DNA from: Lophium mytilinum
Lineage: Eukaryota
Length of the DNA stretch: 64,000 nt
Direction: 5' to 3'
Assembly (NCBI GenBank): GCA_010093605.1
Contig: MU004203.1
Span: forward strand, 86,156-150,155
Shown: piece by piece, positions 39,021 through 52,400 of the stretch
Position numbering within the stretch: the first letter of the stretch is position 1
Layout: each line of letters opens with the position of its first letter
The notes under the pieces: generated by a model
Told to the model about the DNA's origin: nothing
Databases searched by the model: none
The model's input: only the letters and a program-made list of their open reading frames with translations
Translations under genes and position numbers: made by a program

Positions 39021-39392
39021 AAAACGCTATCGAGCCTGGGGGAAGCGGCATTTACGCTCATGGTAAGCGCCAAGCTAGGTAGGCTTCACAGCGAGACGAA
39101 TAGCTTCTCAGCCGTTCATGTGTCGAAACAGAGAAGTCCCTCATATTCGAGCGGTCGGGGCCAACGGGTGGGTGAAACAAAAGAAGTCATAGGTCCGCGG
39201 TGTGGGCTTGGGGTTCCAAGAAGAGGGCCAATGCAATGGTAAGTTCTGTTTCTTCGAGTGGAGTGATCTTGGACACGCTAACGTCTTACAAACCAGACTA
39301 CGTCCGCTCTGTAGAGATATGCTTTCGCAGCATTCATGAAGGGCAGCACACGCGCCCAAAACGCAAGATGTTTCCCCCAAGACATGTTGAGT

Positions 39393-39695
39393 GAGCTCGT
39401 GTTGTCTCAAGCGACCGACCTTCAACATGTCGCACGCGTACCAAAAGCCCACCCAGTCGTTTCCTAGCATTGCTGGAGCAAAACCCGACAAGCGAGCTCG
39501 TGTGGTCTCCAGTGACCAACCTTCAACATGTCACACGCGTACAAAAAGCCCACACAGTCGATTCCTAGCATTGCTGGAGCAAAATCCGACAAGCGAGCTC
39601 GGGTGGTCTCGAGCGACCAACCTTCAATATGTCGCACGCGAACAAAAAGCCCATCCAGTCATTTCCTAGCATTGCTGGAGCAAAATCCGACAAGC
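39393..39695. repeat. 3 x 101-bp tandem repeat
   Basis: gagctcg.g..gtctc..accttcaa.atgtc..aaaagccca..ttcctagcattgctggagcaaaa.ccgacaagc at about 39393, 39494 and 39595. Confidence 0.9.
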
Positions 39696-40484
39696 AACAG
39701 GCTCGCCGTCTGACTCCAGACTCGGAAATGCTCGAGTCTTGTGGACTGCTAGATGTCGTAGCTACCGGACAAGACCAGGCGAGGGAAAGCGGGGAAATTC
39801 GTCAAGCTATTGATCACTATTATACGAACAGGGAATGACGCTTGCTCCTAATCCTCGTAGTGTACCTGTCTTCCATAGTTCTTTCTTGAAACTCAGCCCT
39901 AGCCGTCGTATCTGCTCCCTCTTCCAGCGCGGCTTTATCTCTAGCATCTTTCTCATTCTTACTATTAGTAGGCTATATCTCTCTCTGTGCCTCTGCTCGA
40001 TGTGATGCTTACTACCGTGTCTGTGCTCTGCTAACTCTTGCGAGTGATTGTTTTTCGGTCACTCCTACACTCCACTTTTTTGGGGCCTGCTGAAGTCTGA
40101 TTGATCAATTGAGACTGACCTCAGGGGGCTCGCAGACTTCGGCATGGAACGACGGGCACCAGATGCGAGATAATCTGCTATGAGTTTGACGTCAATGCTG
40201 CTCCCTTCACCCGTCGCCAGGTAACCCCAGCATCCCAACTTCACCCCACAACTCGAGTCCCGTGACCTATCAATCGTCGCTTAGCTTCTTCAACCTTCAT
40301 CTACAGCTGCTCGTCGCGCTCCTCTTTCTCTCGTCAGTCTCAGCACATCACAATCTGAGAGCCCGGCGTCTAGCTTTTGCCTTCCTGATACCGCTGTTAA
40401 GCACGCCTCAACGACCTCCACAACTTCGCAGAACCCTCCCACTTCCTCTCCAATTCCCGCACCACCGCCGCTTCTCTCCCCACC

Positions 40485-41570
40485 ATGCCCCCAAAACGCA
40501 GCTCCCGCGGCAAAGCCCGCGCCGAACCCTCCAATCCCGCTCCTGTAAGCCTCCCCTTTGCTATCATCTTAACTAGAGCTGACTAGCCTCAGCCCCGCGT
40601 CCGACCAGGAATTCTGCCCCGTCACCGGGGCCGCGCGTATTTCACCGACGAATTGCTGCCCTACGACCCCGACGCCACGCGCTACATCTATAGAAACTTT
40701 GGACGGTACCCGGAGGCGGAGTGGCGCGCTGAGGAGGTGGCGTCTTCGCGCCAAAGAGACGTAATGGGCGATATGTTGGCTTCTGTGGGGTTTGAGGCTA
40801 CGATGGCTGAAGGGTTGCACTATTTGAACACTTTGCCCGCAACTCACGCACGCGTTGTGCCTAGCCGCGCACGCCCTGGCCGCCTTGTCGTGCCTGTTGT
40901 TCCTGTTGTCGCTGCCGTAGAGGAGGAAGAGGGTGGAGAAATGGTGGAAGAAGAAGCGGAAGAGGCCGTAGAAGAAGCAGAGAAAGCTGAAGAAGAGGAG
41001 AAAGAGGAGTTAGAAGAAGCGGAACAAGAGGAGGGAGAGGAAGAGAACGATGACGACGAAGAGGACGAAGACACCACCACCGCCGGCCCCAGCACGTCCA
41101 AGAAGTTCTGCCCTAGTGAACAAAACCGCGACTTCAAGCAGAACCCCCTGGTACCCGGCGTTCCTGATCCGGCCCTCTTCGTAGTACGAGGGACCTTCAA
41201 GGGCGTTGATACCACCAGAACCTACCCCGGCGTGGCGAACTTCGACTGGAACAACAAGAAGTCGGTCAAGACGCTGCTTAACTGGCGTAGCCAGATCTAC
41301 CTACGCGCTGGGGCCTCTAATAAGAAGGTGAGGTTCTTCTCCGCTGCCGAGACCCAGTGGTTGGAACACTACTGGACTCAAGTCCTCAGCGACGTGCGCA
41401 GCGACCCGGCGGCTGGATTGCCATCCCAGGCCGATATCACTGCCGCCTTCAACGCGGCCTTTCCGGCCTCCCACCGCACCCAAGCGTCGGTCAGCAGTGC
41501 GATCAGTCGGCCCGGATCTAAGTGCAGGGGTCTGAAGGAAGAGGCGGAGAGGGTGATTCGGGACCGTTGA
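40485..41570 (+). CDS. Short family member (about 345 aa; intron 40545-40592) with an acidic tract and only the Myb/SANT-like domain
   Basis: MPPKRSSRGK exon joins ORF 40653..41570 in frame; FDWNNKKSVKTLLNWRSQI..FSAAETQWL..ITAAFNAAFP..RTQASV aligns with the C-termini of members 1-3. Confidence 0.78.
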
Positions 41571-44500
41571 GGGGAGTGGCGAGAGGGGGGCTTGATATCG
41601 GGGATGGTGCGGAGAGGTTTTTGGGGAGTAGATAGTCATTTGGAGGTCCCTGGACGGTGCGGAGTGTCTGGCTGTGTGCCTGTCTCCTTGGTCCGATTCT
41701 GGTGGGTTTGGAGCTGTGCGGCGGTATAAGCCTGGCAATCGAAACTGTTTGCGCTGGCTCTGAGCCGACTGTCTGATGTAGCTACCTTGGACTGATATTT
41801 TTGGGAATCTGTGAATGATACGAAGATATATGAAACCACGCACAATGTAGTTCGCTAACCCATTAAGTATCACAACAGACGTTCAGCAGGCGCACGGCAA
41901 TGGGTACTTTACAGATATGAGAGTCATTCAAGCGTCTACTTGCCCCGGATCTGGGTTGGAGCAAAGGAACTTCTTTTGGAATATTAAGGATCAGGATTGA
42001 GAAATGCTTGACCCAGTTGCCGGAAGCATGATGTTCATTGTCTCCCGCTTTTGGGACGACGTAGGATATAGGTGGAAAAGGCAGTCTCCGAAATCGAAAG
42101 TACGCCAATGAGAATCTATGGTTGTCTGCTTAGGTACAAACCTTTATATCTTTGCCTCTGCTACTGTATAGTACCAGGTCATGAGTTTGGGCACCTGGGT
42201 ATACCAGGACTTTGGCTTCACTCTTGCTCCATTGACACCACTGTAAGGAGCGCCTCAGGCAACATGACCTTGACCAGTCAAAGAGCGGTCTAGTTTCCAC
42301 TGGGTCGAATTCTATATTGCATCTCGAGTTCCACACCCATTATTCATCCTTCCAGCCCCGTTCTTTGATCTTTCTCATCTGCAGGATTGCTCCCCGGTTA
42401 AAAACCACTTCCAGGGCGGAGGGTCCAGCGCAGCTACTAGTCATTGAGTATATGTTGGTGGTGGACGAGGAGGAGGAGGAGGAGGCATCACTCGCTATGA
42501 GCAAATCCATGGCGAGATAGATGATGAAGGAAGGAGCGGAGCTAAGAGGGAGGCACGATAACTCTCATGAGTGCGGTACAGTGATCTACTGATAAATTAA
42601 CTAGGGGAATTCGTTTTGAATGCCGTAAGAATCGAATCAAGGTGAATTGAAATTCAACCATGCCTGATCAGACTGGTACGAACGCATAGGCGGAGTCCCT
42701 ATCTTTGTGTATTCCAGCAAGGTCGAGAAGCAGGACTCGGTCCTCGGTAGTTATCAAACCAAGAGGTTCCCGTTTGCCGGTTGTGAGCAGTCTGGAGTTC
42801 GAGTGCGGAGTTGAGCGCCCCTCGATTGTCTTTCGTCTCACAATCTCATTGGCGTCGATTGTGTTTTGGGCCTGTGATGGTATTTTTGATATTCCAATAT
42901 CTTCTGTAGCGTTCGCCGGCGTCTTCGAGTCTAGAGTCGTCTTGCCCTACGTATTGAAATTGAGAGGGAGCCCGAATGCCTTTTCTGAGGCCCGGCGTGA
43001 GGCTGTCAGTTGCGCAAAAGCTTTCCTAAGCCAGAGATTCAACCCTTCAGCTTGTCTTGAGAATGACCCGTCCAGCCAAATAACATCTTTGGTAGGCCCC
43101 ATCATCTGCTCGTCTTTGTCTGATGCCTCGTTCACTTCCCAGGCAAGGCCACGCGCGATTGCCCGTGGGGCCGTGGCCAGGAAGAGTGTCGTCATATGTG
43201 ATCCGCAGAGGTATGGGTGATGCTCAAGCATCTCTAGAAGGACGGTGACATACCTGTAGTCGGTAAATTTACAGGGCTCAGCCGCGGAGAGAAGCATTGG
43301 TCGCCGATATTTTGAAAGCAGAGGGCGGCTGAGAGGTCGAGGAATGCGCCTGGGGCAGAACTTTTGGGGGTACCACATGATGAGCAATTATATCATTTTG
43401 CGATGTAGTTCGTGATTTACTCTTCTTGCTAGGTCGTATGTATCGTCTCAAAGTCTTTGCGTACACATCATTTTCCGCCTTTACGTCATTGCTTTACGAA
43501 GTGAATTTCCAAAATAGGGAACTAGGTTTTCCACATGTATCATAAGCGTACAATGCGTATTTTTCTCACTCGACCATTATCCTTCGAAGGTCTAAATATA
43601 CTTGAAATCTCGATGTTGGGTGTAAGATCTCCAATAACTCGGGATGCCCAATTATAGTAATTTTTTTAGTTTAGTACTTACTGTTTTCTTTTTATCATAC
43701 TGCCCTGAATAACGCCGCAAACTTGAGTGCTCGGCCTGACTATCATCGTCTTCATGCCATCCAGCGTTAGCGGTGGCCTCTCACAAATCCAGCTTGCAGT
43801 CACTTGAACCGCGTGTTCCTTGAATCAGGTCACGCGTCCAAAGTGAAGACAAATGATATCCCATGTGGAGATCCTTGCCAGAAGGGTACAGCCTGGCAAC
43901 TAATTTCTTGCCGCATCCACGATAAGCAAACAAGACTATGCCCAATTTCATGGAGCTCTTCCGCCCAGTTGTCTCAACAATGGTGGCGGAAGGTTTCGAT
44001 GTGGGATTGAGCCTTCGGGAAGTACCGTCCATGGTGCATGAAGCCACGCCATTCGTATCTGGCCGGTGGAAGCCGTTAGCACGAAGATTGACGCAAGGAA
44101 GCGGAGGAAACTCAAGATGCTGAAGGAAGGAGATTCAACGGAAGAAGAGCAAGCCGCGAGAGGAAGCCGAAGTAAATGCAGAGGGGGAGCCGGAAGAGGC
44201 AGAAGTCCTGCTGGGAAGGACACTCTGACTTTACCAGATCTCCTTTGCTATAAGCCCCTTTCGCCTTCACTCGTCTCTCCTCTCAGCTGGCAAATCTCGA
44301 GCCTGCCTTCGTGGTTGTGTGAATGTCCTTCCTTCATATACTTGCCTAGGGACATCACCACAAAGCCTTCTCCATACGCCTTTCCATCACGGAGATCGGT
44401 TGTTGGGCTCCGTTGAGGTGCTTCTTTCTTTCCAGGAAGCAGCCTTCCATCTTTAGGAGAGGGCCAAAAGCCGACGCCGACCTATACCATGGATCGCTTC

Positions 44501-45681
44501 TTCCAAGGCAAGTCAGACAGTCAACTACTTGATGGGCGACCCTGTCTCCCGTGAGCGGAATCCTTTAAATCAACTCTAGCAGATTGTTCCTCGAACAAAT
44601 CAGCAGGGCAGCCAGCAACCCCAGAATCGGTGCGCGTTCCTCCTCTCATCAAGGATCTCTTGTTTCTCCTGCCAACGGATTCGAACAATGAACCATCCTC
44701 CAATATGTAGAACAGCTCCTTGAAAGTGTTTTGTGATATAATGGCTTTCGGGCAGCGGCGAGGAGGACGAAGGCGGAGGAATAGGAATGGTTCGACGGCC
44801 ATCCGGGCTCTTGTTGATCAAAGGGATGTAGTTGTGGGGCTAAGGATTTAGGTGGGCTCGAAGGATGTGCGGGTTTCGGGTTGTTCTGGAATCGTCAAAG
44901 CCATTCGAGAACAAACAATATACTTCTCTTGCCAAAAAAGATGTGTATGCGGAGTGACACCGTGATGTGCGAGGGCTTGGGCTGGGTTCGCGTCATTCTG
45001 TTTTCCATTCGCTCAATCATGGAAGTGACGAGATAGAGATGGACCCAGCGCTGTCAAAACGTGCGTTCCGTAATCCTTGGATGCGCGCCACGCTCAGTGA
45101 AGTTGAATAGGGGCAATACCTGACAGATGCTTCTAGGGCTTTCAGATTTTGATGCCGGAGGTGCCGCCGCTGCCTAAGACTGAGGACAATGGTCGGGAGG
45201 AGGCGGGAGAGGTCGCGATTGGCTTCAGGTCAAGGACTTCTCGCCGCTGAGAAGATTTGAGACAGAAGAAAGCCGTAAGACGAGGATAACGCACCCGCGG
45301 AGGTCCAAATGATGTGGTCACGGTGGTGTTGTTGTTGCTGCGTGATCGCCGCGTGTTCACTGAGGCGATGCTGCTCAAGTCCTCACGATTGGCCTACAGC
45401 ACAACAAAAAGCGGTAGAAAGCCTTTGAATTAGCTGCAAGAGGGTACGAGGCCGTATTCTTAGACATTAGATACGTGAAGCAGGCCGATCGGCTCGAGCG
45501 TGGTGTTGCGCCAGTTCGCTGTTGCGGCCTACAGCCAACGAAACAAAATCGAAAAAAATGAACGAAAAGTGCAAAAAGATTCGCCCGAAAAGCCTCATTT
45601 CACCACCTTTTTGGCGACCAGCAACACCAAAAGAAAGGGAAATCAACCCAGAAGCCCGTATATGAAGCCTTTATAAAGTGC

Positions 45682-45860
45682 AAAAAAAATGCAAAAGAGT
45701 TGCAGCCACCAAGGAAGACTATGAGGAAGTCAACCTGGAGACTCAGTCTCTATATCACCAGTCGCCGTGCCGCGCGTCGAACACAAGTACAACAAAGGGA
45801 CGTACCTTGATGAGCAGTGGTAAGGAGTCGAACCTTTCGCCACTGTGCCATTTAAGGCGA
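45682..45860 (-). ncRNA. Candidate Pol III transcript with tRNA-like head (A box + T-arm/B box)
   Basis: Minus strand TTATAAA (45888-45882), TGGCACAGTGG (45850-45840), AAGG-TTCGACT-CCTT arm containing GGTTCGACTCC (45834-45824), and a T8 terminator (45689-45682). Confidence 0.4.
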
Positions 45861-46534
45861 AGGGAGGCCAGAATATTAAGGTTTATAACCATAGGTTCAG
45901 GTCAGATCTCTTTACTTAGTATTATGGGTTGGGGATCTCGCTGCGAGTAGTGCACCCCCACTCAATCAGCCCACGCTCGCCGCACGCCTCCACGGCAACC
46001 ATCTATGCAACCACCGACTCGCCGCCCTACCTAGGCTGGCTCATTATCGGCCTCCACAACGCGACTTGTGTAATTACTATGCGGCGGCACATCAACCACG
46101 AGTCTTACAGTCCATCTCGTCCTTTCTCCTGCAGACAGTGAGCAAGAAGTCCTCCACTCATTTTAAGAATCGGATGCCCCCTAATAGTACCCACGACGCC
46201 GGCAAACATAGTCCCGACAGCAGCAGCTGCCCCGTGCGCATGGTGTTTTGTCGCCAGCTGCCCCTCCTCTGACCCCGACGCCGCCACCACCCGCCCTCAC
46301 TGAACAGCACGAGGCCATCGCAGCCCCTGAGCAGCATGGTAAGCTCATCTCCCTATAGCGACAGCGACCATCAACTTACAGACGTCCAAGAGACAGGTGA
46401 GCGGCACCCCGAGGCGCGTTTTCGCAGCGTCTGCCGCATTGTGCGGGCAAAACCCTCTCCCCCGAGTTCTCCGCCGCATCGCATCTTTGACTCCACAACG
46501 ACCAAGCCCGCGCACTTCGCGGCATCTACCATCC

Positions 46535-47660
46535 CTTTTGACTGGATGGATACCTGCTAGCTAGGCTACCCTTCCAGGTGATGTTGAGTGATCAAGATGG
46601 GAACCCGAGGGATTCCATATTCGGGTGCCTGAACCTTTGTCCTGGTAATGTACAGCCATTGTTTGTCCTACGGTCGATACCGCTGAAATCACCCTACCTT
46701 TTGGCTAGGGGGACACCTGCTGGCTGGGCCACCTTCCACGATGGTATCGATCGATCAAGAGTAAAACCCCTAGCTGAACACCTGCTAGCTAGGGCACCCT
46801 TTACAGTGACGTCAAGCGATCAAGAATGGACACGGAGGAGTCCTATGTCCGACTGTCCACACTAGCGTCCTGGTACTGCAGCAGACAAAACAATGCAAAT
46901 GTCGGCCCAGTGAACGCTGGGCTGCCTTTTGCCTGGCTGAACTGCTGCTGGCTGGAACACCCTCTACGGTGGCATAGATCGATTAAGAAGGAAAGCCGGG
47001 GAGTCCTATATTCGGGTGCTGAAGTCAGTGTGCTGGTAATTCAGCAAAGGCTAGAACGCAAAGATCGATGCAATGGAAGGAGGCTGCCTTTTGACTGGTG
47101 AACACCTGCTGGCTGAGCCGCCCTCTACGGTGGTATCAATTGATCAAGAAGGAAAGCTGGAGAGTTCATATCATGGTGCCTATACTTGCGTTCCGGTACT
47201 GTATGCAAAGGCTAATGCAGTGGAAATTAGGTTGACCTATGACTGGCTAAGTACCTGCTGGCTGAGCTACCCTTTACGGTGGTGTCGATCGATCAACATT
47301 GGTGGCCGATAAGTCCAATATTCAGGTGCCCAAGCTTGTGCCCTGGTATTGCATAGCTATTGTGCCTCCGCCGAAGGCGTGTGAGCAGGGCGCAAAACCC
47401 TTTCTCTTCTGTTAGTTGATGCTTTTCCGTAAGTGCAAGCATGCTGTCTCTTCCCCGGGCTTCGCCGCCCTCTAGACCCTCCTTCGCGAGTCTCGAGGTC
47501 AGGCTGCTGATGACAGGCCATAAGTCTAGGCACATTGCTTGGGGGATCTCTTGGGTTTCGACGGTCTAAACGCAATGTCGAGGCTCATGAAGTGCAGATC
47601 GAACTGTCGCTTGACCGATTAGCTGCTTAGCAGCTATGCTACCCCCTACAGTGGTGTGGA
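46535..47660 (-). repeat. Degenerate about 160-bp satellite (about 7 units), reverse complement of the arrays at 55-61 kb
   Basis: acctgctggctgagc..ccctctacggtggt.tc.atcgatcaa recurs; its reverse complement caccaccgta.agggtagctcagccagcaggt matches units at about 57160 and 58180. Confidence 0.8.
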
Positions 47661-48289
47661 GTGAGTAATATTAAAGCGCGGCAGTGACAGATCCATGTGA
47701 TTAGACTTACGAGTATAGTGTTATAAATAGAAACACCAACACTTTCAATAATCCTCATTCGCCTTCAGGGCAGTCTCTCTCATATTTGCTTGTTACTCTT
47801 TTTCTTCGCTGAACTTCCCCGCCATGAAGGCAAAGCCTGCCCAACTCTCCGCAGCATTGTGCAACCATAGAAATGGTGAACAAAGTGATTTTGCAGAACC
47901 AGCTGCCCCCGGGGAGCTTCCTAGACATCATAACACCACCATCTGTGAATCAGGAGGTGTTGCCCGGCCAGGAGGCCGGAAGGGAGTTCACTGCCAGACA
48001 GCTCCTGCTAGCGTATTTTAGGCACTTTTGCCCCCACCCGCAAGACCTCCGCCTTCTTTACGTCTTCCACGAATATCTACACACTACTGACATTTCTGTG
48101 CTTCTAGAATTGTTTTGTATTGTCGTGTTTGCTTGTGGAATATCCCCTGGCGTTCGTAACTCAGGTTTGTCCCGAAAACGTGTCCTGATATCAAACGAGG
48201 AGATTCGAACGCCCTCGAAACTACAGAATCTCATCTTTCTTCTCGCAATAGCCACTAGACACTCAAGGCTATATCGCGGTGGTCAAAGA

Positions 48290-49130
48290 GCTTACGCGCG
48301 CCTCCTGATATCGACTCCGCCGCCATTTTCCGCCTCCAAACACGAGTCCATCCCGACATCGCGATTTGAACGCTCTTGACTCTGCGGAAACGTACCTGTC
48401 TACTCGCAATAGCAGGTAGACACTTACGGCTATATCAGAGTGTTCAAAGAGCTGCCTCTGCTCTCCTGATATTGACTCCACCTCGATTTCAACCTCCAAA
48501 ACGCATCTCTATATCCAATAACGTGAATTGAATACCTTCGACACTGCAGATTTATGCCTCTCTACTCAAAACAGCAGGTAGACACTTGGTCATATATCAG
48601 AGTGTTCATAGAGCTACCTGTCGCCTCCTAATATTGGCTCCACCTGAATTTCCGCCTCCTAAACGTGTCTCCATACCAGCGACGTGCTTTGAACACCCTC
48701 GATACTGCAGAATCGCACCTGTCCGCTCCCAACTGTATGTAGGGTCTCCCACTTATATCAGGGGGTCCAAAGAGCTGACCCTTGCATCCTAGTTTCAACC
48801 CCACCTCGATCCTCCCCTCAAAACGCATCTCCACATTAACGACGCGATTTCAATACGCCCGACACTGCACAATCGCATCTATCCTCTCGGAACAGTGTGC
48901 AGCGTTTTACGCCTATATTAGGACGTCCAAAAGGCAGACGATTGCCTCCTTGTTTCAACTCCCACTCCATCCTGCTCCGAAAACACGTCTCTATACCAAC
49001 GACGCGATTCTTACACCCTCAACACCGCAGAACGGCATCTGTCCGTTCGCAACCACAGGTAGGGTCTCCCCCCTATATTAGGGCCTTCAGAGAGCTGACG
49101 ATCGCCTCCTAGTTTCAAATTCCTCTCCAA
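48290..49130. repeat. About 161-bp tandem repeat (about 6 copies) immediately upstream of member 3
   Basis: ctcct..(atatt/gtttc)..ctccaaaac..cgcgatt..cactgcaga..caggtag..tatatcag...caaagagct at about 48302, 48462, 48625, 48786, 48946 and 49105. Confidence 0.85.
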
Positions 49131-49485
49131 ATCCCTTCCAAACACCTCAACTTCGTAAGTTCACATCCCCTCTTCGTCGCCGCCCTCTACACATTGTAAA
49201 ACCACACTATACCCCTCCCCCTACCTTCATCTTGTGAATTCACCATCCAGAGGTCCAAATCTAGGCAGCAGAGGCCTGGGCGCGAATTATCTCGCCCTCA
49301 GAGTATTCACTACGAGGCAGCACAACCCAGGTCTTCCAAATACCTCGACCTCCCACCTACAGCTTCTCGTGGGATTTTCATTCATCATCTCCCCACCCAC
49401 CACACCACACCACCTAGCAAACTTTGCAATTGCATCACAACTTCACTCACAATACTGACACGGCTTCAGCCTGTCTTGATAGAAC

Positions 49486-52400
49486 ATGGCCCCCCGCAAG
49501 CGCAAGCAAGCGGAGGTCGAAGACGAAATCGAGAAGCCCGGCGAGACCACTCAGACTGGAAGGCGTACGAAGAAGGCGAAGACTAGGGATGAAAGGGCGA
49601 CAGCTGAGGTACGAAAGGGTCGCCACTCCGTCAACATCAGCGGACAAGCTAACAACAGCCAACAGGCTGATCCAACCAAGACCGGCCCTGTCGCTGCTGG
49701 TGGAGTTACCAAGTCCTCCTTGATAGTCAAGCTTCCTGCGAAAACCTCCTCGACACGCCCCCTTCCTCCACAAGCTCTTCCAATCGTCATTTCCGACGAG
49801 GAAGAAGACGTAGATATGCTAGGCACGCAGCCTCCCCCTCCTCCCCCTCAACAGCGCGTGACTCGCGCGCGAGCGCGCGCGGCGTCTGAAACACCAGACA
49901 TCATGGCACCAGAAGCACCTACCATCATGGCATCACAAGCACCAGCCATCGTGGCACCTCCAGCACCGCCTGTTGTCGAGCCAGTGACTTCCATAAGGCC
50001 TCCTCCAGCACGGCCTATCATCTCACCAATGGGACCCCCAGAGCCTGCTCCAACTCGCGTGCTCCGGGACCGAAAGGCCAAACAGCCCCCCAAAACACTC
50101 CCCCAATCCGCCACCCCTGATGTAGACCAACACTTCGTCGCCGTCGTGGCAACCATCGACGCCGCAACACAGAGCTCCGGTGATGATGAACGCGCAATAC
50201 CCCCAGATGCTGCCCTAACTGGCAAGTCTCTGGGTGGAAAGGCGAAAGTAGCCTCCAAGCCATCCCCCCAATCCACTACCCATGGCGTAGAGCCAGACTG
50301 GGCCGCACGTCTAGCTGCCAATAGGGCAAAGTTACAAGCCTCCGGTGAAGCAGGCCTCATAATAGCCCCAGGCGCCCCCGCACAATCTTCACTCGCAGCC
50401 GCGCGGGGCGCACAGTCCACCAAATTCCCATCACTCGCGAAAGTGGCCGCTGAGTCAGCCCTTAGCGAGGCGTCTTCCGCACCAACCCCAACACAGCGCG
50501 CTCCTCGCATCACCCGAGCTGCAAACAAACGCGCCATCATGGACCCCAAAGTCCGAGCCGCGGAGGCGGAGCAGCAGAAGGCGCTGAGGCAGCGGAACAC
50601 GCAGCGTCTGGGTCGCGTCGAGACCCACCTCAAGAACTTGGCGGGCAGTGGGGTCATGGACCCAGCAGAGCTCCCGGAAGGGCCTCGCGGTAGGGCGAGG
50701 AAGACGAAGAGACCGCCGAAGGATCTCCCCAAGGAGACCGTGCAGGCGCTGGCGAAGACGCAGCCTGCTGGGAAGGCGGAGAAGGTCCGCGAGGACGCTG
50801 TTGCGGCTGCGACAGATGTAAGTATCTCTGTTTTTTCCCCTCTTTATCATGTTGATCATAGTGCTAACAAGACGCAGATGGCAGGAGTCCGAGCTGTTGG
50901 GGTGACACCCACAGCGAGAGTGGCCTTCCTGCCTATCCCCACCGCTGACGACCCCGTCCTTTTTGGGCCAACGAAAGACGGTCCCCAGCCTCTACCCGCC
51001 TCCAAAGATCCTCTGAATTGGACGGCAGCGCGACGACGAGCGGAGAAGATTGGAGAAGAGTCACTGGACCGCAAACTTCGCCTGGGCCTGAGGGCCGAAA
51101 TCGGACTGGCTAGCTACACCACGGTCCACTCCATCGCCCACCTCCTCGACAGCGTCATTTTCATCAAGCATGAAAACCTTGTCGGCATTCACCTCGGCAC
51201 CAAGGCCACGGCATCACAGCGCGGGGATGATTCTCATATCCCTGTTGGAGACGAGGGCCGCCTAGACACCGCGGCGCTTGGAGACGGCATCGTCGTCGAC
51301 AAGAACGGCATGATTGTGGGAACGTACAAGGACATCCAGCTGTGGAACGAGAAGTACAAACCCAGCTGCGACAGCTGCACCGCCAAAGGGAAAGAAGTGT
51401 GTACTTACCATTGCCCGGGCTTCTACGCCGAACCGCTGTTGAAGTACCCAACAACTCCGTCCCGCCTCGTTGCACTCCACAACAACTTGGTAGCATACGG
51501 CATCGACAACCGCATTCATCCGTACGGACTGGAAAAGCTCGGCGAGACATACGACCACGAAGAAACCCTCCGCATCGCGCGCGAACCGATGACGGAGTGG
51601 GTAGAGAACCGGAAGAAGATGACAGCCGGCGAGAGAAAGATCGCCGACGAGAACGACTACAGCAGCTACGGCTATTTCGGTGCTCCCAACTGGGCTGATG
51701 AGGAGCGGATCAGCCTTCAGATCAAAGAGGAAGCATGCAGGTCGATGATCGAACGCCTCCGAAACATGCAGCGCCAGATCGATCTCCTACCGCCAGATCA
51801 GCGACCGAACTTCGTCCCTCCCCCGAACTTCGGCGAAGACCTGTCCGGCGGTCAGAGTGAGCATACCCCCAAACTCGCTCTCCGCAACGCCTGTGGCCGC
51901 GAGTCCGGCAACAAGATGTACAGCGAGCTCCTCGCGCGAGCCTCGGTTGCTGTTCCTCTCGTGCTGGCTAAGCTCAAGGAGTACTGGGAGTTTCTCAAGG
52001 AATACGACCTCAAATATGTTGAGGCGAGGTTGAGGGCAGACCGAGACTACCGCGCCATGCAGGCATACTGGGCTCTGCATGAAACAGAATCCGCGTACAG
52101 CGTGAGGACCAAGGCACGAAATCTTCGAGCGGCGGATCTCGAGGAGGCTCGAAACGAAGCAGCCGCCAGAACTCCCGAGGAACAAGTAGAATGGGATGAG
52201 GACAACCGTCGCCGAGAACTCCTAGAGGCTCGAGTCCAGGCCGAGAATCGTGGTTTCTCCGTGGAAGAAATGGCACGAGGCTCTCGCATCGACGAGGAAG
52301 CCTTCAACAAGAAAGATGTTGAGCAGTGGGAGATCAGCGCAGCCCACTGTGCCACCAAACTCAGGCTAGAGGGCATGGAGAACCGCAACGGCGCCTTCGC

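Noticed and set aside
39055..39085. Second Argonaute piece (LMVSAKLG vs LMKVNAKLGG)
   Set aside because: Only about 8 residues; could be chance.
45824..45860. Intact tRNA
   Set aside because: No anticodon arm or acceptor pairing; reported only as a Pol III candidate.
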